Assembly (NCBI GenBank): GCA_045863235.1
Contig: BTUM01000010.1
Coordinates: 63,242-127,241 of the forward strand
Origin: Candidatus Xenobia bacterium
GTDB lineage: Bacteria; Vulcanimicrobiota; Xenobia; Xenobiales; QWHO01
DNA length: 64,000 bases
Direction: 5' to 3'
Shown: in pieces, positions 9,956-23,578 of the stretch
Layout of the letters: the number at the start of each line of letters is the position of its first letter
How positions within the stretch are numbered: the stretch's first letter is position 1
Translations under genes and position numbers: made by a program
Notes under the pieces: model-generated
Database searches by the model: none
What the model was told of the DNA's origin: nothing
The model's input: only the letters and a program-made list of their open reading frames with translations

Positions 9956-11403
9956 CGTTCCAGCACGACCATCGTGGGGTCATAGACCCGGGTCCAATCG
10001 AGGGGGACGTAGCGGCTGGCCATCACGGCCTGCAACTCGACCTGCTGCGCAGGCCCTACCGCCATGGGCAAGGTCGAGTCGATCAAGCGAGGAGCCATGG
10101 ACTTCAGATCCTCGAGGTAATTGCAGGGAGGAAGGCCGTAGCGCTCGCGCACCAGGGCCACCCCCTCGGCCATGCGATTGGGCGAGTCGAACAGCCAGGG
10201 CCCGTAGTAGGAGGCGTCCCGGACCACGATGGGGTGCAGGGGATAGGCGAGCAAGACCGTGTCGGAGGAAGCCATGCCCTCCATCAGGGCGCGACGAAAA
10301 CGCACGTCCGAAACGATCGTCCCACGCTCGAGGCAGCTTGCGATCTCCACCACCACGGCCACGGCCAGCACGGCAGGAACGAGGCTGGCCAACCTCTCGC
10401 TCACTCTGCAGGCATCCCAATCGGCGCGGCTGGCCAGAACCAGCAAACTCATGGCCATGGACAGGTAGCTCACGATGAAATTCTGCATGTAGACATGGGG
10501 CCAGCAGCTCACCAATCCAGCGACCACTGTGAAGGCGAGGTAACCCAGATGGATCCAGAACTTGCTGCGAAGAAGCGGCGAAGTGACGCGAGCCACGCAA
10601 ATCCAGAGGCCCGTCTGCAACAGCGCCATCTTGATCCAGGGGAGACGGGCCAGACTCGGCCCCGGATCAAAGCTCCCCACCTTCTGGAGCAAGGCCGAGT
10701 AGGAGATGGCGAAGGAGAGATAACCCGGCGAGATCCCTGACAAGAGAAGGTAGAGGAGCGCCGTGCCCCCGGCCCCTCCCAGCCAGACAAGCACCTGGCG
10801 CGCATGGATTCTTCGCTCGCTCAGCACGATGAGCCAGCCCGACAGGATGACCACCCGGGGAGTGAAGAGGAAGGCCAGGCTGAACAGCGCGCCGCTGGCC
10901 AGGCACCAACGCGCGTCAGCTCTTTGATCGCCCCATCTCCAGGCCACACAGGAGAGGACCCAGGCGGCCGCGGCCAGGCTCTCGGGGCGAAGCTGAACGG
11001 CATAGGTCTCCATCAGACACCACCCGACGAAAGAGGTGGTCGCCACAGCCGTCGCGTACTCGGCATTCACGGGCCGGGTGGCCAGCGAGCGGGCCAGTGC
11101 CCAGAATCCGAGCACCAGAGTCAGCATGCTGAGCACCACCAGGAGGTGACCGAAGTAGAGAACCTCGGGGCCGTCCAGGCCGACCAGGAAGTAGATCTTG
11201 AGAACGTCCCAAAGCAAAGGCATGTGGTGTTGGAAGAAATCGACCAGCGGCCGCTGGCCAAGCTCTCCCATGAGCCAGGCGATGTGGGCGTGCTCGTTCT
11301 CATCGCAATTTCCGCGCTGCACGAACAGGAGAGCCAGCCACAACGCGACCATGATCGCGAAAAAGCCTCGCAGAGGCTTGATCTTGTCGAGAACTACAAT
11401 CAC
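9934..11403 (-). CDS. GT-C-like polytopic membrane protein
   Basis: DENEHAHIAW...DFFQHHMPL acidic loop, LRPE, many TMs. Start uncertain (11403 or 11514). Confidence 0.6.
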   Translation of the reverse strand: MIVVLDKIKPLRGFFAIMVALWLALLFVQRGNCDENEHAHIAWLMGELGQRPLVDFFQHHMPLLWDVLKIYFLVGLDGPEVLYFGHLLVVLSMLTLVLGFWALARSLATRPVNAEYATAVATTSFVGWCLMETYAVQLRPESLAAAAWVLSCVAWRWGDQRADARWCLASGALFSLAFLFTPRVVILSGWLIVLSERRIHARQVLVWLGGAGGTALLYLLLSGISPGYLSFAISYSALLQKVGSFDPGPSLARLPWIKMALLQTGLWICVARVTSPLLRSKFWIHLGYLAFTVVAGLVSCWPHVYMQNFIVSYLSMAMSLLVLASRADWDACRVSERLASLVPAVLAVAVVVEIASCLERGTIVSDVRFRRALMEGMASSDTVLLAYPLHPIVVRDASYYGPWLFDSPNRMAEGVALVRERYGLPPCNYLEDLKSMAPRLIDSTLPMAVGPAQQVELQAVMASRYVPLDWTRVYDPTMVVLERQGVRGR

Positions 11404-11552
11404 ACGCAGACGCTCACAGAGGAAGGGCGGTTTGTTCGCGAGGTGCCCGATTTCCCTTTTCGGGAAGGGAATTTCCCGAGGCCGTATCGATATAGCCGGG
11501 TGAAGCTCCCACATTTTCAGGAGGCGGGTCTGACTCCTTGAGTCCGAGCGCG

Positions 11553-13004
<1,452 letters not shown>

Positions 13005-13090
13005 GAGCCAGTTTCCGGTGTTGATGCGACCAGGTTCAACGCTGGCCATCAGTTGGGGGGAGCCGGGAGGGTGTTGTCAAATCCTCGACC

Positions 13091-14098
13091 ATGCCTGCTG
13101 CGGTTGTCTGCGCCCTCCTCTGGCTGATGCTGATTTGCCCGGCCCCGGCCCAGGGCTCGCTACCCGATCCGGCCTGCCTGGGTCAAGCAAGCAGCGTTTC
13201 GATCACGGTCGTTCGCGCCCGACCGGGCGACCCGGGTTTCCGACAGCTGTTTCGAACCGCCCTGGCCGGCGCGCGCTCGCAGCAGGGGGAACACTCGATG
13301 GCCTCGGCGTTGAGCGGAATTCTCAGTCAGGAAAGCCAGTTGTCCATGGTCCAGGCGGCTCTGCCCCTGCAATTCGTGCGCGTGGAGCAAGCGGGCGAGG
13401 ACCGGCTGCGCGCCACCAGCGCCATCACGGTCACGGGTTGGCGTGGTTTGCAGGGCGTGGTCTACAACACCCTGGTGACACCTCCTGACGGGGGGAAGCC
13501 CGAAGTGCGACGCCACCGTGGCGAGGAGATCGTGCTGCGTCCCGGCTGGCGCGACTCCCGGGGCCCGCGGGTGGTGGCCCGGGTGCGGGGAACCTTTCTC
13601 AACTGCAGCACTCCCGACCTTGCCCGCCAGGCCATCGATGGGTTGCTCAACCCCTCCGCCAAACGGCCCCAGGGGCCTCTCTGGGATGCCTATGCGCGCC
13701 TGAACCCGAACCGGGACGTCTACGGAGCTCTGCTCAACCGCAATGGCTCCCTGGGCCAGATGCTGAGCTGGGCCTGCGGCGACGAGCTCGAGCCGGTCCG
13801 CCGCAAGGTGGGGGTCGAGCAGTTCGAGCGCGTGACCAGCTCCGTCACGACGGTAGCCTGGGAAGGGGAAGTGGTCTCCGACGATCGCATCGACCTCGAC
13901 TTGAGCTTCACCACCGCCCACCCCGGCCAGGTGGCAGAGCTCAGCCAGGTCTGGGAGGAGATCTGTCAGGTGCTCAAAGGCAAGGGTCGTCTGGGAGAGT
14001 ACAAGCTGGTCAGGACCGCTTCGGGTGCTCAGGTGCATCTCTCGCTCGTCGGCTTCCGCGAGGCGGTCGGTGGTTTTCTGGGGACGCTCAAGCTCTAA
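13091..14098 (+). CDS. Secreted hypothetical protein
   Basis: Signal-peptide-like N-terminus, 335-aa ORF with host-like codon usage. Confidence 0.6.
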   Translation: MPAAVVCALLWLMLICPAPAQGSLPDPACLGQASSVSITVVRARPGDPGFRQLFRTALAGARSQQGEHSMASALSGILSQESQLSMVQAALPLQFVRVEQAGEDRLRATSAITVTGWRGLQGVVYNTLVTPPDGGKPEVRRHRGEEIVLRPGWRDSRGPRVVARVRGTFLNCSTPDLARQAIDGLLNPSAKRPQGPLWDAYARLNPNRDVYGALLNRNGSLGQMLSWACGDELEPVRRKVGVEQFERVTSSVTTVAWEGEVVSDDRIDLDLSFTTAHPGQVAELSQVWEEICQVLKGKGRLGEYKLVRTASGAQVHLSLVGFREAVGGFLGTLKL

Positions 14099-14220
14099 CA
14101 CGATGAGCCTCCAGGTTCGGTCACACCACCCGACCTGCCCGGGCACGCCACCTGGTCAGGTAGGATGGCTCCGTAAACCAGTGCGGGTTTTTCTGCGGAC
14201 TCTGCCTTGACGCATCTGAG

Positions 14221-14249
14221 TTGACTAACTTTTTGAGTCAAGTTAGAAT
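14221..14249 (+). promoter_or_regulatory. Sigma70 promoter with overlapping operator palindromes, leaderless
   Basis: TTGACT-17nt-TAGAAT, 6 nt before ATG 14256; inverted repeats TTGACT/AGTCAA and CTAACTT/AAGTTAG. Confidence 0.8.
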
Positions 14250-14255
14250 CCGACC

Positions 14256-14486
14256 ATGAAGCAGGTCACGATTCACGAGGCGAAGACCCATTTGTCCCGC
14301 CTGATCCAGGAAGCTATCAAGGGCGAGCAGATCATCATCGCCAGGGGGTCAACACCACTGGTGGAGTTGCGGGTCCTGCCGAGCGCTCGCACCAAGCGCA
14401 CTCCGGGAGTTTTTGCCGGCCTGGACTACTGGATGTCAGAAGACTTCGGCGAGCCTCTCGAGGACTTCAAGGACTATATGCAGTGA
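14256..14486 (+). CDS. Phd/YefM-family antitoxin
   Basis: VTIHEAKTHLSRLI...GEQIIIAR. Confidence 0.9.
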   Translation: MKQVTIHEAKTHLSRLIQEAIKGEQIIIARGSTPLVELRVLPSARTKRTPGVFAGLDYWMSEDFGEPLEDFKDYMQ

Positions 14487-14866
14487 AGGTACTGGTGGAT
14501 ACCCACGTCTGGCTCTGGTGGCTGTTCGATCCGGGCAAGCTTTCGAAATCCTGCCGGAGAATCTTGAGCGACGATGCCACCGACGCTTTCTTCAGCGCGG
14601 CCTCGGGCTGGGAACTGGCCATCAAGACTCAACTGGGCAAGCTCTCCTTGCCGAAACCTTTGGCGGACGTCTACCGAGAGCTCGACGCTCAAAACGTGAT
14701 CTGGCTGGAGATTGCCCGTTCCCATTGCCTTCGCCTCGAAATGCTACCGCTCCACCACCGGGACCCGTTCGATCGGATGCTGGCCGCCCAGGCTGCAGAG
14801 CTAAGACTACCGGTACTCTCCATCGACCCGTGGTTCGAGCCTTATGGCCTGCAGCGCATCTGGTAA
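14483..14866 (+). CDS. vapC: VapC PIN-domain toxin
   Basis: LVDTHVWLW, SAASGWE, HRDPFDRML; GTGA overlap with the antitoxin. Confidence 0.9.
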   Translation: MKVLVDTHVWLWWLFDPGKLSKSCRRILSDDATDAFFSAASGWELAIKTQLGKLSLPKPLADVYRELDAQNVIWLEIARSHCLRLEMLPLHHRDPFDRMLAAQAAELRLPVLSIDPWFEPYGLQRIW

Positions 14867-14969
14867 AGCGTTGCCCACGACCTTCTTGCCCTCCGGCGAG
14901 AGGCAGCACGGCTGCTTTGTTTGACCGGGCCTGAGTCAGGATTTGCCGAACAGGAAGTTGCCTTCTCCC

Positions 14970-15210
14970 ATCTGGCAGAAATACATCATCGTGTATTACG
15001 ACAGTGCGACTCGCCAGGTGCTCACCACCGAGGTGCCCTTGGCACCCCGACGGTGACTCCCATTCCCCTGGTCGGACTGGCTGGCTTTCGAACCGGGGGC
15101 AGGCTCCTGGCTAAGAATGTCACCCGCTGCAACTTCTCTCTGAGCGAGGACATGCTCTCACTCGATCTCGAGTTGCAGCGAAAGCGATATGGGTCCGAGA
15201 AAGAGAGGTC
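14970..15210 (+). pseudogene. Frameshifted gene remnant, possibly the C-terminal part of a pilin-like protein
   Basis: IWQKYIIVYYDSATRQVLTTEVPLAP in one frame continues protein-like as TPIPL...GGRLLAKNVTRCNFSL..DLELQRKRYG in another; no start or RBS. Confidence 0.3.
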
Positions 15211-15459
15211 GTGGAGCTGCCTGCCCGCGCCTTTCTCAGGAACTGACGTCCAACGGTCGGTCCCCTGCGGCGGGTGGTGCTCGTGCGGCCTCTTACTGAA
15301 GAAGGGCCACACGCCCGTCTTTGAGAGTATCAGACAAGCGTATCCGATCGTATTCGTGCCCTTGCTGCCGTAGCGACAGCGCGGGGGGAGTGGTGCTGAT
15401 TCAGGCCGCCCTTTTCGCTATTGCGCAGCGCGCATTTCCTGCGGACAAAGTTGTGACCC

Positions 15460-16851
15460 TCAAGGACGAGCCCGCAGCGCGGTACCCTCGGCGATCTGGT
15501 CTCCCCCCTCCAGCACGACCTCGTCACCAGCCTCCAGGCCGCTCTTGACCTCCACCTGATCGGTGGTGGCCTGTCCCAGCTCGACCTTGAGGCGGGCCGC
15601 CTTCCCAGCGCGCACCGCGGTGACATAGTCGGCCCCCTGATCGTGGTAGATGGCCGAGCCCGGCAAGAGGAGCGCATCCTTCGCCAGGCTCTTGCTTCCT
15701 TCTACGACGGCTTCCAGGCCATCGCGCAGGGTCGGGTGGGGCGGATCGAGCCGGACGGCGATGCGCAGCACCTTGGACCCCCCCGGGCCACGCTCCCGCG
15801 GCTCCAGGGCGGTGGCCACCCGAAACACGCTTCCCGTGAAGCGTTGCCCGGGCAGCGAGCTGAACGTCACCTCGACCGGCATGTCCAGGGCCACCCGGGC
15901 CGCATCCTGCTCGTCCACCTCGGCCTCCACGTTGACGTCCTGGGAGGTAATCAGGGTCAGGATGGGCTGCTGCCAGTCCACCACCTCCCCGGGCTCGAAC
16001 AGGAGCTGGAAGACGACCCCGTCCCGAGGGGCCCTGACCGTGTACCGATCGAGGCGAGCCAGCGCCGAGCGGAGGCTTCCCTCCAGGCGACGAGTCTCCT
16101 GACGGGCCGCGCGCAAGCGATCCTCGAACACGCTCAACTCCGCCCCCAGGCCGCTCTGAGCCGCCGACAGGGCGGCTCGGGCCTGGGAGAGCTCGGCCCG
16201 CTGCACCTCCAGGTCGGCCTCGCGCGGTTGCAAGAGCCGCAGCTCGGCCTGGCTCTGCTTGAGGGCTGCTCGGGCTGTCTTGACCTGGGTCTCGGCCAGC
16301 TCGAGTTGCGAGGTGGACAGGACATCCTGCTGAAACAGCTTGCGGCTGCGGGCGAGATCGGCTGTCGCTTGCTGCAGCCGGGCCTCGGCCGCCTCCACCC
16401 CGGCGCGGGCGGCCGCGAGATCCTCAGCGCGGGGGCGCGCGGCCTGAGCCAGGCGTGCCTCGGCCGCCTGGTTCCCGGCCCGGGCCTGCGACAGCTCACC
16501 CTCCAGCTGGCTCTGCTTCAGAGCCAGCGAGTGCAGCGCTTCGGTTTCGCGGCTGCGCGCACCCTCGAGCTCGGCCTGGACGGCCTCCACCTCGGCCCGG
16601 GCCTCCCGGCTCTCCAGACGAGCCAGGACCTGACCCTGGCGAACCTTTTCGTTCTCCTTCACGGCCACGCGCTCGAGCCGGCCGGAGACACCCGAGGCCA
16701 CTCTCACCAGCGGCGACGTCACCCGCCCGGTGGCCGCAAAACGGGCCTCCAGGTGACCCCGCTCGGGTTTGATGACGCGCACCTCGGCCGCAGGCTCGCC
16801 CGGGCAGCCGGTCAGAATCAGGGCCACGAGCAGTGCCAGAAAGTGCCTCAC
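15460..16851 (-). CDS. Efflux periplasmic adaptor (HlyD/MacA-like), probable lipoprotein
   Basis: LTGC lipobox, lipoyl halves (VKENEKVRQGQVL; VRAPRDGVV), long coiled coil; GTG 16851 overlaps the tolC stop. Confidence 0.85.
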   Translation of the reverse strand: MRHFLALLVALILTGCPGEPAAEVRVIKPERGHLEARFAATGRVTSPLVRVASGVSGRLERVAVKENEKVRQGQVLARLESREARAEVEAVQAELEGARSRETEALHSLALKQSQLEGELSQARAGNQAAEARLAQAARPRAEDLAAARAGVEAAEARLQQATADLARSRKLFQQDVLSTSQLELAETQVKTARAALKQSQAELRLLQPREADLEVQRAELSQARAALSAAQSGLGAELSVFEDRLRAARQETRRLEGSLRSALARLDRYTVRAPRDGVVFQLLFEPGEVVDWQQPILTLITSQDVNVEAEVDEQDAARVALDMPVEVTFSSLPGQRFTGSVFRVATALEPRERGPGGSKVLRIAVRLDPPHPTLRDGLEAVVEGSKSLAKDALLLPGSAIYHDQGADYVTAVRAGKAARLKVELGQATTDQVEVKSGLEAGDEVVLEGGDQIAEGTALRARP

Positions 16852-18160
16852 GCGGTCAGGCCCTTTCTCGACCCCGAGGAGCCGTCCTTCCGGGGCTGAA
16901 GCGGCAGGGGCGAGCGACCCAGCGCCCAGTCGAGCCGAGCTCGGGCCTCCACGACCTGGTAGAAGATCGCCACCTGTTCCAACCGGGCTCGGTCCAGGTC
17001 GAGCTGGGCATCTCGAACCACGTGAAAGGGCACGAACCCGGCTTCGTACTGGGCGGTCGCCACCCGCAGAGCCTCCCGAGCCCGGCTCACCCGCACCTGG
17101 GACGTCGACTCGGAGCGGCGGGCGAGCTCCACCCCTCGATAGGCCTGGCGGACCTCCTGCTCGACCTGGCGCACGGCCTCGTCGAGTCGGGCCGACGCCA
17201 GGTCGCGGGTGGCTTGCGCCTGAGCCACCAGGTGCCTGGTGCGGTTGCCGTCCAGGAAAGGCCAGCTCAGCGTCAATCCGGCCCGTAGCCCGACCCCGTC
17301 GACCACGTTCTCGGTAGTGCTCTCGATAGCCCCTCCCAGCAGGGCCTGAAGCTCGGGGTTGTTCTCCTTGCCGGCCGCCTCCACTCCCTTCTCGGCGGCC
17401 GCCAGCTCGAGCCTGGCCGCTTTGAGCCAGGGCCGCTCGAGGCTTGCCTCGGCCAGCGCCTCCTCGAGCGACTGGGTCAGCGGCTCGGGCGCGGGCGGCT
17501 CGACCAGCTCCAGGGACGAATCCAGCGGCAGCCCGATCAACCGGCTCAAAGCCTCCTCCGAGTCCTGGACCCGAAAGCGCATCCGGGTGAGCTCCAGCTC
17601 CCGCTCGGAGACCGGCAGCTCGGCGGTGAGCAGATCGCCGCGCGGGGCCTGACCGGCCTGAAAGCGAGCCTGCGCCAGGCTCTGGTGACGTCGAGCCGAC
17701 TCCAAGGACTCGTGGGCAACCTTCAAACGCGCATGGGCTGCCAGCGACTCCAGGTAGGCCAGCCGCACCTCCAGGCAAACCCTGTGCTCTTCGTTCACCG
17801 CTTCCTGGGCGGCCCGAGAAGCCTGGGTCCGGGCCTGCTCAAAGCGGGCCAGAACCCGGCCCCCGTCCATCAGGAGCTGACGGAACTCGAGGCGAGCCGG
17901 AGAAAGCGCGTAGTCGGTGTTGAAGTTGCTCTGAAAGATGGCCGGTGGGGGGGCCAGGGCGTAGAGAGCTCCCATCGGGCGACCCGGGGCCGCCACCACC
18001 TCGGCCTCCTCCTCGCGCACGCGCACCATCGCCAGAGCCGCCGCAATGCGAGGATTCTTGACCAGGGCCAGTTGAACCGCCTCGTCCAGGGTGACCTTCA
18101 GCCGTTCGGACTGGGCCTGTGCCAGGACGCACAGGCAAAGTCCCCAGAGAATCAGCCGCT

Positions 18161-18167
<7 letters not shown>
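16848..18167 (-). CDS. TolC-family outer membrane protein
   Basis: TLDEAVQLALVKNP, ARFQAG, QYEAG repeats. Confidence 0.85.
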
Positions 18168-18862
<695 letters not shown>

Positions 18863-18916
18863 GGTGGGGGGGCTTTCACCGTGGAAGAGCACTCGCCTTC
18901 TCTATCTGATGCAGGG

Positions 18917-20170
18917 ATGCGGGAAGAGCCGTTGTATCTGCCTCTCGTGACTGGCCTGAACCAAGTCCAGCGCGTGGCCGTGACCGGCGTGGGAGTGTTG
19001 TCAGCCCTGGGGCCCACGCGCAGGGAGTTCTGGCAGGCCCTGACCGAGGGACGCGACGGAATCAGAGAGCTCGTAGGCCCCCGGCTGGATGGTCTGCGAA
19101 TAAGGACCGGGGCTCAGCTGCTCGACTACCGGGCCAGCGATCACTTCGAGCAGCGCCCGGCGGACATGCTCGACCCCTTTGCCCAGTACTTCGTGGTCGC
19201 CGGGCGTGAGGCCGTGCTCGATGCAGGCTTTGAGCCCGACCGACCCGACCGGGTGGCCATCGTTTCGGGCTCGGCCGGCGGCGGCCAGGTCACCCTGGAC
19301 GAGCAGTACCATCGTCTGTATGGGGAAAGTCGCAAGGTTCTTCCCGCCACCATTCCCCGATTCATGACCAACGCGGGGGCCAGCGCCCTCTCGCAGGAGC
19401 TCGGATGGACAGGGCCCAGCTTCACCCTGTCCACCGCCTGCTCTTCGAGCGCTCACGCCCTGGGTCACGCTTTCTGGATGGTGCGCCACGGCCTGATCGA
19501 CGCGGCCCTGGCCGGGGGCAGCGAAGCTCCTTTCTGCAATGGCTACCTGCGCGCCTGGGAATCCATTCGGGCGATGGACCCGGTGCGTTGCCGCCCCTTC
19601 TCCAAAGACCGGCAGGGCCTGACCCTGGGCGAAGGGGCCGGCGCGTTGCTGCTCGAGCCCCTCACCCGGGCCCGAGAGCGAGGGGCCAGGGTTTACGGCG
19701 AAGTCGTGGGCTTCGGGATGTCCAGCGATGCGCACGACCTGACCCGACCCCTCCCCGAGGGCGGGGCGTCGGCCATGCAGGCGGCTTTGCTCGACGCCGC
19801 CATGAGGCCCGACGAGGTCGACTATGTCAACGCGCACGGCACCGGCACCATGGCCAACGACGCGACCGAGACCCGGGCCATCCGACTGGTCTTTGGGCCC
19901 CACGCTGACCGGCTGCTGGTCAGCTCCACCAAGTCAGCCCACGGTCATGCCCTTGGGGCCGCCGGGGCCCTGGAGGCAGCGGCCAGCCTGTTCGCCCTCC
20001 AGGAGGGACTGGCCCCGGCGACCCTGGGATACAACGAACCCGACCCGGAGTGCGACCTCGACTATGTGCACGAGGGTCCTCGCAAGGCCGACCTGAGGGT
20101 GGCCCTGTCGAACTCGTTCGCCTTCGGCGGACTGAATGCGGTCCTGGTCTTCCGACGAATCCCTGACTGA
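18917..20170 (+). CDS. fabF: Beta-ketoacyl-ACP synthase II-like (FabF/NodE type)
   Basis: TACSSS, NAHGTGT, STKSAHGH, SNSFAFGG; start 18917 or 18947. Confidence 0.85.
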   Translation: MREEPLYLPLVTGLNQVQRVAVTGVGVLSALGPTRREFWQALTEGRDGIRELVGPRLDGLRIRTGAQLLDYRASDHFEQRPADMLDPFAQYFVVAGREAVLDAGFEPDRPDRVAIVSGSAGGGQVTLDEQYHRLYGESRKVLPATIPRFMTNAGASALSQELGWTGPSFTLSTACSSSAHALGHAFWMVRHGLIDAALAGGSEAPFCNGYLRAWESIRAMDPVRCRPFSKDRQGLTLGEGAGALLLEPLTRARERGARVYGEVVGFGMSSDAHDLTRPLPEGGASAMQAALLDAAMRPDEVDYVNAHGTGTMANDATETRAIRLVFGPHADRLLVSSTKSAHGHALGAAGALEAAASLFALQEGLAPATLGYNEPDPECDLDYVHEGPRKADLRVALSNSFAFGGLNAVLVFRRIPD

Positions 20171-20377
20171 GACCCCGCAGAGGAATCAAAAGACCGGTCA
20201 GTGTCAGCAAGGATGGGCTGGTGGTCAACGAGAGCTTCTCCAGCTTTGCCGGGCCGGTCGGAGTGAGCCCCGATGGGAGCCGCATTGTCCTGGCGACCCT
20301 CGAGAGGCTTGACCCGATCGTCACCATCGAGTCGGTCTTCCAGGTCTACCAGCTCGAGAATCCTTTGCTCCCGTGAG

Positions 20378-21929
20378 CTACATCCGGAAGACCCCGTAAC
20401 GGGGAGGTCCCTGGCTCACGAAGTCGCGCCGGTGCACCGCCGCCAGCGCCAGGCTGAGAACGCGCCGCGTATCGCGCGGGTCGATCAGGGCGTCGTCCCA
20501 GAGGCGCGCGGTGGCGTAATAGGGCGAGGACTCCTCCTCGAAGCGCTGGCGCACGGCCTCGGCTTCGGCCTCCCCTACTCCCACCTGGCGCAGCACCCCG
20601 GCCGCCTGCTCGCCGCCCATCACGGCGATGCGGCTGGTGGGCCAGCTGAACAGGAAGCTGGGGTCGAAGGCCCGGCCGCACATCCCGTAGTTGCCCGCCC
20701 CGTAGGACCCGCCCACCAGCACCGTCAGCTGGGGCACGCTGGAGGTGGAGACGGCGTTGACCAGCTTGCTGCCGTGCTTGACGATGCCCTCGCGCTCGGC
20801 CTTCGTGCCCACCATGAAGCCGGTGATATTCTGCAGGTAGATCAGCGGCGTGCGGGCCTGGTTGCAGAGCTGGATGAACTGCGCCCCCTTCAGGGCCGAA
20901 TCGCCGAAAAGCACCCCGTTGTTGCCCAGCAGGCCCACGGGCCAACCGTCCAGGTGGGCCTGGGCGCAGATCAGCGTGCTGCCGTAGTCGGGCTTGAACT
21001 CGAAGAGCTCGCTCTCGTCCACGATGCGTGCCATCACCTCGCGCATGTCGAAAGGGTGGCGCGGGTCGACGCTCACCACGCCGAGCAGCTCCTCGGGGTC
21101 GAGGCGGGGCTCGCTGGGGGTCCGACGCGTCCCGTAGACAGGCTGGGGGGCCAGCCGGGCCACAATCTCGCGGCCCAGGCGCAGGGCGTCGCGATCATCC
21201 ACAGCTGTATAGTCGCTCACCCCCGACACGCTGGCGTGCATCTCGGCGCCGCCCAGGCTCTCCTCGTCCACCTCCTCTCCGGTGGCCATGCGAACCAGCG
21301 GCGGGCCGCCCAGGAACACGCGGGCCTGGTTCCTCACCATCACCACGTGATCCGAAAGGCCCGGAATGTAGGCCCCCCCGGCAGTGCTCGAGCCGAACAC
21401 CAGGGCCACCTGGGCGATGCCCTTACCGGACATCCGCGCCTGGTTGGCAAACACCCTCCCCCCGTTCTCGGCAAAGAGCTCGGCCTGGTGGGTCAGGTTG
21501 GCCCCGGCCGACTCGACGAGATAAACGCAGGGCAGGCGGTTCTCCAGCGCGATGGCCTGAGCCCGCAACATCTTCTTGAGGGTGACGGGATAGATGGCCC
21601 CGCCCTTCACAGTCGGATCGTTGGCCGAGACCAGGCAGAGACGGCCAGCCACGCTGCCGATGCCGGCGATCTGTGAGGCGGAGGGGCACTCGTCAGAGTA
21701 CATCCCCCAGGCCGCCAGGGGAGAAAGCTCCAGGAAGGGGGTGCCGGGGTCAAGCAAGAGCTCCACCCGCTCGCGAGGCAAGAGCTTGCCCCGCTTTCGC
21801 ATGCGCTCGGCAGCGGCCGGACCGCCTCCCTGCTGCACCCGGGCCAATCGCTCGGAGAGCTCGTTCACCAGTTCCAGCGTTCGGGCCCGGTTGGCCGCGA
21901 ACTCAGGGCCGCGGGGCGACAGGCGGCTC

Positions 21930-21937
<8 letters not shown>
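20378..21937 (-). CDS. Acyl-CoA carboxylase carboxyltransferase subunit (methylcrotonyl/geranyl-CoA carboxylase beta-like)
   Basis: GKLLPRERV, NDPTVKGG, AGGAY, GSYGAGNYGMCGR. Confidence 0.9.
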
Positions 21938-22774
<837 letters not shown>

Positions 22775-22778
<4 letters not shown>

Positions 22779-23521
22779 TGGGCCTTCCCCTGCGCCGCCA
22801 CCGCGGCGGCCCGTTTGGCGGCCTCCTCCGAGTCGCCCAGGTAGTAATTGCGAAGGGGCTTGAGCTCCTCGTCCAGTTCGTAGACCAGGGGCAGCCCGGT
22901 AGGGATGTTCAGCTCGAGGATGTCCTTCTCGCTGACGTCGTCGAGGTACTTGACCAGGGCCCGCAAACTGTTACCGTGGGCGGTGATCAGCACCCGCTGG
23001 CCGGACTTGACCGCCGGGGCGATGGTGTCGTGCCAGTAAGGCAGGAAGCGCGCCACCGTGTCTTTGAGGCTCTCGGCCCGGGGAAGCTGCTCACCGTTCA
23101 AGCCCGCGTACCGCCGGTCATGGCCGGGGAAGCGCTCGTCGGAGGGGTCGAGCGGCGGCGGGGGCACATCGTAGCTGCGGCGCCAGATCTTCACCTGGGC
23201 CTCGCCGTGCTTCTCGGCCGTCTCGGCCTTGTTCAGCCCCTGCAAGGCCCCGTAGTGACGCTCGTTGAGGCGCCAGGAGCGATGCACCGGCAGCCACATC
23301 AAGTCCATCTCGTCGAGGGTGATCCAGAGCGTGCGGATGGCTCGCTTGAGCACCGAGGTGTAGGCCACGTCGAAGGTCAGGCCAGCCTGGAGAATCATTT
23401 GCGCCCCCTTGCGGGCCTCCTCGATGCCGGCCGGGGTGAGGTCGACGTCGGTCCAGCCGGTGAAGCGGTTCTCCAGGTTCCAGGCGCTCTGGCCGTGACG
23501 GAGCAAGACGAGTTTGTGCAT
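22775..23521 (-). CDS. gpmA: 2,3-bisphosphoglycerate-dependent phosphoglycerate mutase
   Basis: [24 protein letters not shown]. Confidence 0.96.
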
Positions 23522-23578
23522 GATGAGGTCCTCCTTGCGCAGGGCGCACCTTTCGCAGGGGGCCGGGGGCAACCCTCT

